Source: Octopus vulgaris
Lineage: Eukaryota
Reading direction: 5' to 3'
Assembly (NCBI GenBank): GCA_951406725.2
Contig: OX597820.1
Location: 52,886,001 to 52,950,000, forward strand
DNA: 64,000 bases
The stretch's first letter is position 1; each line of letters begins with the position of its first letter. Of the stretch, positions 1 to 11,079 are shown piece by piece. Below the pieces are notes generated by a model. The model was not told the origin of the DNA. It did not search any database and was given only the letters and a program-made list of their open reading frames with translations. The position numbers and the translations under genes are program-made.

Positions 1-356
1 GCTCATATTGAATAACTACCAGCCCCATTTAGTTGTATAGTGGAAGCAATTGCAGCGCGAGATACCATCATTTGAGGACCCAGTGTATTTAGCACAGCTG
101 TCATATGAATCCATATTTGAAATAATAAACATAAACATGACTGTAAAATGGGCTTGTTTATGTTACATCATCAAGGATAAAATCCGGTTGTGGTGCCCTA
201 TAAGCATATATTTGTACGTACAGTCATGCATACAAACACACACACAAACACGGATATAAGTGGATCGATATATACAAACACACACATACACACACAAACA
301 CACACATATATACACACACACAAGCACACATACACACATATATATATATATATATA

Positions 357-1214
357 TTCTTTTATTCTTTTACTTGTTTTAATCATTTGAGAGCGACCAT
401 GCTGGAGCACCGCCTTAATTGGTTTTATAGTTGAAGTATTTGACCACAAGACTTATTCTTTGTAAGCCTAGTACTTATTCTATTGGTCTCTTTGGCCAAA
501 CTGCTAGGTTATGGGGACGTAGACACATCAACATCGGTTGTCAAGCGATGTTGGGATGACACACACAGTCACACAGACACACACACTCACACACAGAGAT
601 ACACACACATATACATATATATAGGCGCAGGAGTGGCTGTGTGGTAAGTAGCTTGCTAACCAACCACATGGTTCTGGGTTCAGTCCCACTGCGTAGCACC
701 TTGGGCAAGTGTCTTCTGCTATAGCCCCGGGCCGACCAATGCCTTGTGAGTGGATTTGGTAGACGGAAACTGAAAGAAGCCTGTCGTATATATGTATATA
801 TATATATATATTTGTGTGTGTGTTTGTGTGTCTGTGTTTGTCCCCCTAGCATTGCTTGACAACCGATGCGGGTGTGTTTAAGTCCCCGTCACTTGGCGGT
901 TCGGCAAAAGAGACCGAAAGAATAAGTACTGGGCTTACAAAGAATAAGTCCCGGGGTCGATTTGCTCGACTAAAGGCGGTGCTCCAGCATGGCCGCAGTC
1001 AAATGATTGAAACAAGTAAAAGAAAGAAAGAAAGAAAGAATATATATATATGTATATATATACGACGGGCTTCTTTCAGTTTCCGTCTATCACATCCACT
1101 CACAAGGCTTTGGTCGGTCCGAGGCTATAGTAAGTCACTTGGGCAAGGTGCCACATCATGAGACTGAACCCTGAACCAAGTGGTTGAGAAGCAAGCTTCT
1201 TTTTACACAACCAC
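357..1214 (-). mobile_element. tRNA-derived SINE family A, split by a second copy inserted in its internal microsatellite
   Basis: 357-570 is the reverse complement of the 3' half of the 624-1040 copy. 1062-1214 is the reverse complement of its tRNA-like 5' half. Confidence 0.85.
624..1040 (+). mobile_element. tRNA-derived SINE family A, full length
   Basis: Head GGCGCAGGAGTGGCTGTGTGGTAAG (A box) and GGGTTCAGTCCC (B box), internal TA/TG microsatellite, (GAAA)n tail. Many related copies in the window. Confidence 0.9.
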
Positions 1215-1265
1215 GGTATATATATATATATATATATACATACATACATACACACACAGACACAG

Positions 1266-1325
<60 letters not shown>

Positions 1326-1504
1326 ATGTATATGTATATATCTTTATACATATGTGTGTGTATATATATGTAAAAATATATAATCATGAGGTACGTGAGA
1401 CTAAATCGTAATTTACTACGTCAACTAATGACCGATTCCTTGCGTAAGTGCTAACCGTTCGTTCTGCTGGTTTCTGTGACTCCACTCACCTATTTTAACA
1501 TATG

Positions 1505-1535
<31 letters not shown>

Positions 1536-1788
1536 ACACACTCACACAGACACATATATATACGTAAGGTGAGTCAACTTCTGGTTATGGGGACAACATA
1601 TTGTGCGTATAAATATATAGAAGTCGAAGAGACCCAGGGACCTGTCAACTTTGTTCCTTTTCGAAATGTTCAGTTGTTCATTTCTTCATTTTCAGCAATG
1701 ATCACAAAAACTGTGATCATTGCAACTTATATTCCACTTTCAGGGAACAATATAAGTTTTATTTACATTGTTAAACGGTTTATAATTT

Positions 1789-1829
1789 AACCCCACCTGG
1801 TGAGGAATACGATAAACTAGTCGGGTGTT
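1789..1829 (+). ncRNA. degenerate type I hammerhead ribozyme (PLE pLTR relic)
   Basis: CACC/GGGTG stem I flanks CTGGTGA...GATAAACTAGTC, a mutated CUGAUGA and GAAAC-UA-GUC. Confidence 0.45.
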
Positions 1830-2616
1830 GAATAAGATAATGGGTTATAGAAAATATAATAAACAAGCAAAAACTAAAGCAAGAATATCCACCATCTTTC
1901 ATTCATATATGGTGGTGCTCTCTGCTAAAACAGGAGATGAAATAAAAATGAAATTGTGTATTATATTATGAAATTTCACATTCTTGGTTTATGTTTTCAG
2001 TTCTACAAAATGAATTCTTGTGTATGTTTATTATTGTGCTGTATACGATACTAATGATATACATATCTTATCTTACGTATTTTGGTAAAAGTCAACACTC
2101 TAAGCAGGTGTATTCCATTGAAATGACAATTTGCGAACAGCGTCGTGCTATAAGTCGTGTGTTTCTGGTATTTGGATCATCGTTCCCATTCTCTAAACAA
2201 TATGTTAAAACACCATTGATATCCAAATAAACCAGCAACAGCTAAACTGAGTGACATGTTTGCTGAGCAGCAATCTAAGTATTCTTTAGTGAACGCCTAT
2301 GATCTGAAGATGACATACCTAAATATACACACCTGATTACACACTTCAACTAAACAATAGCACGAATTTGATAAATAACATTTTCCATAATATCTTAGAT
2401 ACATCAATACTAATCTTGTTAAAGAATAATAAATTTGCACCATGACAAATGTCTACAGAGATTCTTCAGTTTAATGTAAAACTGTCTTTATTATAACAAA
2501 AACAAGCATCAATATGCATACATACATATATATAAATGGATATGAGTGCGTGGGTATACATGCAGGTGTAAATATGCGTATGCGTGTTTAGAAAATGTGT
2601 TTAATACACACGTATG

Positions 2617-2669
<53 letters not shown>

Positions 2670-3249
2670 CTCATAGGGTTAAAGGATCTAATTAAAACTC
2701 AATAATCAGGGAAAAATCTCATAAATATGAATTTTATTTGCTCAATGTTAGATTTCTTTGGCATATGTATGATATAATCTTTCTTACAAAAGTAACTATG
2801 ATAAATTATTTTTCTATGTACATGATAACAATTAAATTAAACATATCTCTGCCTAAAATTTGGTCTATGAAAATTTGCAAACTTTGGAAGCCATATAACA
2901 AAGATTTTTTGAAACCATATAACAGTAATTACTTTTGGACGAAAAATATGCTTCGAACGAACAACTAATATCTGAAAAACTTCCTGTCTTCAATTTATAA
3001 AAAGCTTCTGCAAAACATTAAAATATATATGCGGGATGTAAAAATAAAATACATTGAAGGTGCGAGATGCAGCAAGCGTTTTATCTTAAGAGCTAGAATA
3101 ATTTGGCGCCAGAAGACTAAATCCCTAATTGAGAAACGAGCCACAAATTTACAACAATTAGCATCTGGCCAATTTTGAAAACTAGTTGGTTATTTGATAC
3201 ACTTCCACAAGATATAATTAAACTTAAGTAAACAACCAAGTGTGATCTG

Positions 3250-3660
3250 TAAATGTGAGGGGACTTTGAGTTTTGTGAAAATCCAAAGAGGCTCATGAAG
3301 TATATGATTAGACGGACTGGAAAAGAATTCCGTTCATATAGTTCAGAAAATAAAAGCGAACTGTCGAAAGCCGTATAGAAAATGAAATATAGGCACGTTT
3401 GGACAATATAATTTAAATAAGAATCTCAAAGTAGTGTTTGTACACCACCCGCGTTTGTTAAGTTTTTAGATAAGAATTTTGAGAAAAGAAAAATAAATAA
3501 TAAGACACCAAAATGTTCATTGATGTGTGAACACTTAAATATTTGATTACGCAAGAGAGTATATTTTGCCATTTCTGAGAAAATATGTTTAGATATTAAA
3601 AATCACAGCGTACAGCTAAGAAAATGCAGAAAAATATATAGGTAGAAATTTAAGATATTA
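3250..3660 (+). pseudogene. highly decayed PLE linker / GIY-YIG endonuclease relic
   Basis: Interrupted frames give VVFVHHPRL, KCSLMCEHL and KC..YIG-like remnants. Confidence 0.3.
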
Positions 3661-3992
3661 TGATTATTTATTGCGTTCCACCATAAAGGAACCTTACTAC
3701 TTCTCGTGAAACAACACCTTTTTCATGTAGCGGAAATATATGAATCAGGAATATTATTTTCAATTTGAATCTGTAATTCCGCACACATTTATTAAAATAA
3801 ATCGCTGAATGAACACTTGCGAGTACGAAAATGAAAGGAAATATATTTACAAAGATATAGGGTGCTAAGGAAGACATAAAACTTCTCACAGAAATATACT
3901 ACTGTACTAATAATTAGATGTTTTGTGATGTTAGTCCTGAGGGACGACCTAGATAGATAGATAAAGTAATTCTTATTATTAACTTCAACTAA

Positions 3993-4390
3993 GGCGGCGA
4001 GCTGGTAGAAACGTTAGCACGCCGGGCGAAATGCTTAGCGGTATTTCGTCTGCCGTCACGTTCTGAGTTCAAATTCCGCCGAGGTCGACTTTACGTTTCA
4101 TCCTTTCGGGGTCGATAAATTAAGTACCAGTTACGCACTGGGGTCGATGCAATCGACTTAATTCCATTGTCGGTTTTTGTTTTTCCCCTCTATGTTTAGC
4201 CTCTTGTGAGCAGTAAAGAAATAAGAAACGGTAGCACGCCGTGCAAAAGGCTAAGCGGTATTTCGTCTGTCTTTATGTTCTGAGTTCTATGAAAATAGCA
4301 GTAATGAAAATAGCAGTAATGAAGCACTGGGGTCGATGAAATCGACTATCCCCCTCCCACAAAATTTCAGGCCTTAGAAAAGACTATTGA
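3993..4390 (+). mobile_element. tRNA-derived SINE family B (dimeric)
   Basis: GGCGGCGAGCTGGTAGAAACGTTAG head, GAGTTCAAATTCC B box, conserved TTTCATCCTTTCGGGGTCGATAAATTAAGTACCAG block. A second degenerate unit starts near 4226. Confidence 0.85.
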
Positions 4391-4794
4391 ATACTACTTC
4401 TATAAGTGCTGCTGCTGTTACTGCTTCGTATGCAGACATAGACCATCGGCCATTTGTCTCCAGAATTCTCTCTCCTGCATTGCTTTTTATAAGATGTTCG
4501 ATGAAAACCAAAATATATTATCCTGATTTTATAAAGGAAACCTGGAATATGCAATGAAATAGCTTATTCGTTCTCCACAAAACGCCAAGAATAATCAAAT
4601 CACGATAATAAAAGCTACAAAAGGTTGAAGAAGCTAATAAACTTTTATTTCCTACGAATGGAGAAAAAGAGTTCACTTTCAATATAGAGGGTATTCCATA
4701 TTGATCGATCAATCTCATTCATCAGCAACAGATTTTAGGTTATATATCGATAAACGAAAAATAAAACAACTCTAATTTCAAAAAGCATACCATA

Positions 4795-4828
<34 letters not shown>

Positions 4829-5088
4829 AAATGTCTTTCTTGGCTGAAGCGTAGCCTGCGTTATACACCTCGTTTGGATACTGTACACAGAAAAACAGTT
4901 TAACATTAAGATAATAGTTATTTACTATATTATAGATTAGATTTCATACAGATCATTCCAGATCTGTTGTATTCAATACAAATAACGATTTATATGGGTT
5001 GGCAGATAAAAGCACTGATGAGCAAAGAATTTGTTCGCTAAAAGTGTAAACAAAAGCCATCTGCTTGGCAAGATTTAGATGTTCGGCG

Positions 5089-5134
5089 TCTGTGACTGAT
5101 GAGACACAAAAAGTCGAAACTGCGATATTCCAGA
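5089..5134 (+). ncRNA. type I hammerhead ribozyme-like motif with degenerate cleavage site
   Basis: CTGATGA-GAC-ACAAAAA-GTC-GAAAC flanked by a TCTG(T)GA/TCCAGA stem I. A second CTGATGA plus stem lies at 5015. Confidence 0.6.
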
Positions 5135-5885
5135 ATCATCAACGCTAATGACACTATTGTCATAACGAGACAGGTTCTTCTCTTTTGATGTACACTATAG
5201 CGACAATATTTTCGTTCGAAAATATTGTCGTTTCATGCATTTAGACAAACGAATAATAGTGGAAAGCTGCAATTTAGAATGTGACATGTAGAGACATTAA
5301 AAATTTTCATTTCCTGCAATAAACTAAGTGTGTATGGGGAAATCTTTAATAAACACCCCAGCTATAGTCTGTGTTATGTATAGTCCTCCGGTATCTGGCC
5401 TACCAAGAGAACACAAAGCTGAATATATAGCCAATATGAGAATACTTTCGTTCGAATAAGACATCCTAACAACATATTTTGAGGATCAGGATTTCATTTT
5501 CGGTGAAATATAGCTAAATATAATGGTACCTAACACAAAAATATCTGTTTATTTGACCTAAAACGTAATTGAGGTTATCCCAACAGCAAGAAATCTCAGA
5601 ATTATCTATCTTACAAAGATAAAATATTGACGTATCTTAAGATTTTATTTCCGAGATTTCTGATAGTCGCTGTCGCATATGTATCACTACTTTTACTGTC
5701 ACAAGCATCTATGTAACCACTTTCACTTCTTTGGGGTGGGGTTGCTAACGATGAATTAGTAAAGCACCACTTGAAGATACAGACACTTAAAATGTTAGGA
5801 TTCCGGAAGCTATCATTAAAATATCGAAATACTGAATGGTGTTACTGATTGATATCAAAGTTGTGGATATTATCCCTCCAGGTAA

Positions 5886-6204
5886 AGGTGCAGACGAAGT
5901 GGTTACAGCATTCGACTCATAATTGCAAGGTGTTGAGTTCGATAACTGGCGACACGTTGTGTCCTAGGGCAAGACACCTTATTTCACATCGCTCCAATCC
6001 ACTCTGCTGGCAAATATGAGTTGTACCAGTATTTCAAAGTGCCGGCTTTGGCACATTCTGTGTCGCGCTGAATTCCTCTGAGAACTTCGTTAAGAGTACG
6101 AATGTCTGTGGGTACTCTACAAATTTCGCGTTAATTTCACAAGCAGGCTGTTCCGTTAATCACATCAACTGGAACCCTTGTCGTTGTAACTGACGGAATG
6201 CCAG
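5886..6204 (+). mobile_element. tRNA-derived SINE family C (CORE-like central block)
   Basis: tRNA-like head with GAGTTCGAT, then a GTGTCCTAGGGCAAGACACCTT block shared with the copies at 53541, 55903 and 62421. Confidence 0.75.
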
Positions 6205-6764
6205 TTATATCATGCCAAGTATTGAACATTTGATATTTCAGTAGCAGAATTTTCCCTGAAATCGGCACTTAAGGATCTCCTGATGAACAAACGCAAGTTA
6301 GTGTGATAATGTTGTAGAAAACCGTGTACAGAAACATACACGCCATCTGCAAAATTCTGTAGATTTTGTTACTTAGATTATGCTATCCTTTTATCAAAAA
6401 CTAGCAATGCATCCAGGCGTTGCCCGGGTGTTATGACCTACAAACACATTGTATTATTTTCTTCTTTGCTAGGGGCAGAATCGGCACAGCTGATATATAG
6501 TTAATGGAATAATGGAAGTTATTTTTTGTTTGATAATGGAGGGCGAGGGTACAATGTGCATGGGTTTGCATGAAATTGTTTTCTGTTCTTAAGAAGGATC
6601 AGAAACTATGTATTGTTTCATCGTATAAAAAGAGGTTAATACGATTTTGTCCAGAAATCACGTTTTCAAAATTTGGATTTCCCTCTATCCCCACCACAAT
6701 TTCTTAATTTGTATCTTATTTTCCATTTTTTTTTATCTACGTAGAAAAATACAGAGATTACGAA

Positions 6765-6795
<31 letters not shown>

Positions 6796-6970
6796 GATAA
6801 GAAAGTTGGTTTGTGAAAGCACGTGGGTGAATATATAGAAAATAGTAGAGTGAAAAAACGACAGAAGGCTTAAATGTTAAAAAATATATATATTTGCGTC
6901 AATATGTCTGAAGAATATTAGAAAATTTTAAAAAAATAAATTTTTTTCCTCTTATAATGACATAAATTAA

Positions 6971-7009
6971 AAGAAAGACCGGTTTTGCGTGTAGCTTTTC
7001 AAATTTCTT
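6971..7009 (-). ncRNA. minimal type I hammerhead ribozyme in the PLE 3' UTR, G12 mutated
   Basis: AAGAAA-T-TTGAAAA-GC-TACAC-GC-AAAA-CCGGTC-TTTCTT. GAAA reads AAAA in this copy. Confidence 0.7.
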
Positions 7010-7052
7010 GTGACGTTATGTTTATATTGAATAGTTATCGTTGTGTTTATTT

Positions 7053-9060
7053 TCAGGAGATTTCTAAATAAGGGGAGGTAGTGAGTGATTTCTTCCGGTG
7101 TAAGGGAGATAATCGCTTAAAATTTTTTTTTCCTTTCCCTTGTGAATTTCTCTGTGTCAGTATGTTCGGATGGTTGAGTCTGGGTTTGTACTTTTCAATC
7201 AAGAATGTTTCCTTGTTTAGTCTCATTTGTGTTGATGATCCGAAAGTAAAATGGTAAAATGGGAAGATTAAAAATTGTGGCAGTAGTTGCTTTGCGTATT
7301 TCTCAATGTGCTCACTAAAAGGTATCATTCTATATTCTGGGAATGCAATCTGTTGTCAATGCAGTGTGCATCTACGTCTGAGTGATAGTCCCGTGGAACC
7401 CACGTAGTCTTGGTGGCAGCCCGAGCATTTTATGACATAAATTATGTTTTCAGAGGCACAAGTAAAGTTAGATTTGATCTTGAATTTCTGTCCCTCTTTA
7501 AAGAGGAATTCTGATCCTTCTAGCAGGTTAGGATATGTTGCACAGTTCGATCTACCACATTTTTTTACTTTTGCATCCGTAATTTCAGAAGACAATTTTG
7601 CCTTTGTGAGAATCTTTTTAAGTGATTTAGGCTGTTTGTAGCTTTTAATGATTTGGTGTATGTTTAGAATTTCCTTTAATTTGGGGTTTTTATGAAGTAT
7701 TGGTAAATTCTGGGTGATGATGGTGAAGGCTTCTTTGTTTCTGGGGTTGTATGTAGATATGTAAGGTAGTATTTTCGGGGAAGGTGTGTTGTTGTGTTGA
7801 ACTTTTCTTAAAGTTTCCATGTTGATTTCTGTTGCACGTCTGATCCCATCCTCTATGAGTTGAGCTGGGTAATGTCTGTCAATTAGGGTGTTTTTGAGTT
7901 CTTGCAGTCTAAAGTTCCTGGTATTTTGTTCTGACACTATTGTGCATATCCTTCTTGCAAGGTAGAAGGGGATGTTTGTTTTAGTGTGTCTAGGGTGGCA
8001 TGAATTAAAAAGAAGGTACTGTTTGGCGTCTGTGGCTTTGTAAAAAATGTCTGTTTCTATTTTAAGGTTAATTTTTTTTAATTAGTATATCCAAGAACGG
8101 GAGCTCCTTTTGGTTGTATTCCATTGTGAACTGTATATTTGGGTTTATGCTGTTCAATAGGTTTTTAAATTTTAGGAGTTTATCTGTGTTTTCATTCCAG
8201 AGAATAAAACAATCGTCTAAGAATCGTTTCCAATTCTCTTTTATGTATTGAGAGAGGGAGTTTCCAAAGATTGATAAAGATTCCTGGTAAATGATTATTT
8301 CCATGTATCCCATTGTTAAGTTCGCAATGACTGGTGCTGCCCTTGTACCCATAGCAATTCCGGATTTTTTACGGTAAAATGTATTGTCAAACATGAAGTG
8401 GTTATTGTGTAGGATGAATTCAATTGATTTAGTAATGAATTCTTTACTGATCCTTTTTGGTATTTCTTCCGGAAATTGGTCTAACCAGAACTGTATTGCC
8501 TCCAGTCCATAATTATGAGGTATACTGGTATACAAGTTAACTACATCAAATGAAACCAGGATTGTTTCTTCCTCGTTTTTTTTTGGGAAGGTGGTTTAAC
8601 ATATCTAAGTCATCTCTGATATGGCTATCGATATGTTTAAGGAAGGGTTTCAGGAGGATGTCCATAAGTAGACTTAGTCTGTGTGTTTCACAGGTTGGGC
8701 CAGCTACAATGGGTCGTAGTTTTAGGTCCCCCGGGTTAGGTGTGTGTATGTATGTCTTTGGTGATTTTTTAATGGTTTCATTTATAATTTGACTTTTATG
8801 AATTTTTGGCAGACCATAGAAAAGGCTAGGTTTGCATTTAAAGTTTGTTAGGAAGTCAATCTCTTTGGTTGTCAGTTCCTTTTCATGGGTTTTAATTAGT
8901 GAAGATAGAGTTTTCATTATTTTTTGTGGGGTGTAGTTGGTAATTTTTTCATAATGTAGGTCGTCATCAAGCAAGGAAATTACAAGATTTCTGTAGTATG
9001 ATGTATCCATTATTACAACTGCATTTCCCTTGTCTGCTTCCTTAATGGTTATATCACTCA
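7053..9060 (-). pseudogene. PLE reverse transcriptase + GIY-YIG endonuclease ORF with 2 frameshifts and 1 premature stop
   Basis: Motifs IKEADKG, FYGLPKIHK, LRPIVAG, YTSIPH, GIAMGT..AP..ANL.MG, WKRFLDDCF, IQFTME..LPFLD, SCHP, KCG..C, NIIYVIKCSGC..YVGST and SEH..C. Frameshifts fall in A-runs near 8580 and 8075. A CGA>TGA stop is at 7356. Confidence 0.92.
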
Positions 9061-9061
9061 G

Positions 9062-9613
9062 GGGACTATCACTCAGACGTAGATGCACACTGCATCGACA
9101 ACAGATTGCATTCCCAGAATATAGAATGATACCTTTTAGTGAGCACATTGAGAAATGCACAAAGCAACTACTGCCACAATTTTTAATCTTCCCATTTTAC
9201 CAATGTGCTTTCGGATCATCAACACAAATGAGACTAAACAAGGAAACATTCTTCATTGAAAAGTACAAACCCAGACTCAACCATCCGAACATACTGACAC
9301 AGAGAAATTCACAAGGGAAAGGAAAATTTTAAGCGATTATCTCCCTTACACCGGAAGAAATCACTCACTACCTTCCCTTATTTAGAAATCTCCTGAAAAT
9401 AAACACAACGATAACTCTATTCAATATAAACATAACGTCACAAGAAATTTGAAAAGCTACACGCGAAACCGGTCTTTCTTTTAATTTATGTCATTATAAG
9501 AGGAAAAAAAATGTTTTTTTTTAAAAATTTTCTAGTATTCTTCAGACATATTGACGCAAATATATATATTTTTTAACATTTAAGCCTTCTGTCGTTTTTC
9601 CACTCTACTATTT

Positions 9614-9620
<7 letters not shown>
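9062..9620 (+). repeat. inverted pseudo-LTR of the PLE (end of endonuclease plus 3' UTR)
   Basis: Near-identical reverse complement of about 6835-7392. Confidence 0.95.
9442..9480 (+). ncRNA. minimal type I hammerhead ribozyme, U3-A8 core variant
   Basis: Stem I AAGAAA/TTTCTT, core TTGAAAA, stem II GC/GC, GAAA, palindromic stem III ACCGGT, GUC cleavage triplet ending at 9474. Confidence 0.75.
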
Positions 9621-9663
<43 letters not shown>

Positions 9664-11079
9664 ATATTTTTCTTAAAGAAACATTCAGTGCCCCTTCCCC
9701 CACTTCGGCCACCCTTCACCTTCCAGCTTTCAAAAAGCTAAAATCTCCCAATTTTTCACTTATGTCTGATGTTTCCAGCATGCGTACAATTCTAATGAAA
9801 TAGTCGACGTAAAATATGTCGGACCACCACCAGAAAACCAGACATGATAGAAACAACAGGTAAGCGACATTATTTTTGAAGAAAAGTCACTGCTTTCCAA
9901 AAAGTTATAAGTGAAACTTTGCGAGTGAGTAGCTTTTTGAAAGTGATAAGGTGATGAATAAAATTTTTAAAGATGTGTACTCCCTATTTTTTCTCTATAG
10001 ATTACCAAGAATAAAAATTTGAAAAAAGTAAAAAATTAATTTGGCGTGGATAAGGAGAAAATGAAAATATTGTGAATATGTTTTGTGAGGAAAATCCTAA
10101 TCTCCTGCATCGCAAATATAGGAATCGGAAGAAATTTAGGAAAACAAATAAGGTGGTGGAGACGGAAATGTCTCCACGGATATGCTAGAAAGAAGCGGTA
10201 AATGACAGGATTTCTGGGAAAACTTCATTTTATGTTTATATCGAATATCAGGTTTTTAAATACGCTCATCACAAACACAAATTACATAATAGAAAAAAAG
10301 ATCATTTCAATTAGGGTTGAGCTGTAAATTTACAGGTGCACGCTGCAAGAATTAACATAATTCTCAGAGAAGTACAATCTGGATTGTGTGTATGCAAGTG
10401 TGTGTGTCATTTTATGGCATTCTTTCATTTGGAGAAGCAAAGTTTCCAACTCGACATATATGGGATCATATGATTGCTTGTTAATTTCTATAAAATTGTT
10501 TTAATCTCTGTATGCTTTGAAGTGAGCAGAAATTGAAAGAGAGGATAAAGTGAAAGGCGACATTGCTTTGAAGTGAGATGAGAAAGTAAAAAAGAGGAGA
10601 AAGTGTAAGATGTACGTGTATATGAAATGTACGTGAGAGAGAGAGAAAGAGAGAGGAAAAGAAAGTGAGTGAAAGTGTGTGTTGTGATGTATGAAATGTT
10701 TTGCATGTATGTGCAAGTGGCACTCACCCGCTCCTTCTTTCTCTCTCTCTCTCTCACACATTATCTTTCATATACACGTACATAAATAGGTGGGGGTAAA
10801 GAATACGATCACCAGCCATTTTCGACGTAACTCTAACCCTAAACACCGGGAGTGCGCATTCTTGACCTTCGCCCATAAATACATATGCATACATCTTTTT
10901 TTGTGCGTGAAAGAGAAGGAGAGAGATAGAGAAAGAGGGTGTGTATGTGTGAAGCTGTATTTCTTCATAACATAAAAAAAATTGAAGTCTTTTAATGCAC
11001 TGTTTTTGGTTGAGGCATATTAATACAATATTTATGTGTGCATTTTCATAAATGATTGTCTGAGTAGAATTCTACGTAT

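Larger units (their letters stand above)
6797..9620 (-). mobile_element. Penelope-like retroelement (Naiad/Neptune-type), 5'-truncated, with inverted pseudo-LTR, inserted in (TA)n
   Basis: RT+GIY-YIG ORF on the minus strand. 9062-9620 is an inverted copy of about 6835-7392. (TA)n on both flanks. Confidence 0.93.
6401..10244 (-). mobile_element. non-autonomous Helitron-like element interrupted by the PLE
   Basis: Minus strand ends in a GC hairpin (CCCGGGCAACGCCTGG) then CTAG|T at 6401. Degenerate inverted similarity between 6640-6760 and 9975-10105 links the two flanks. The 5' end is approximate. Confidence 0.5.

Noticed and set aside
1695-1723. SECIS-like AUGA...AAA...GA hairpin
   Set aside because: AUGA pairs canonically with UCAU and helix spacing is too short for a SECIS kink-turn.
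7354-7360. In-frame TGA in the PLE ORF as possible selenocysteine (some Naiad PLEs are selenoproteins)
   Set aside because: The inverted copy has CGA (Arg) at this codon, so it is a CpG transition. The conserved Cys codons checked are not TGA, and no SECIS was recognised.
8546-9332. ORFs 8546-9160 and 9030-9332 as genes with novel N-termini
   Set aside because: Both are chimeras that read across the inversion junction.
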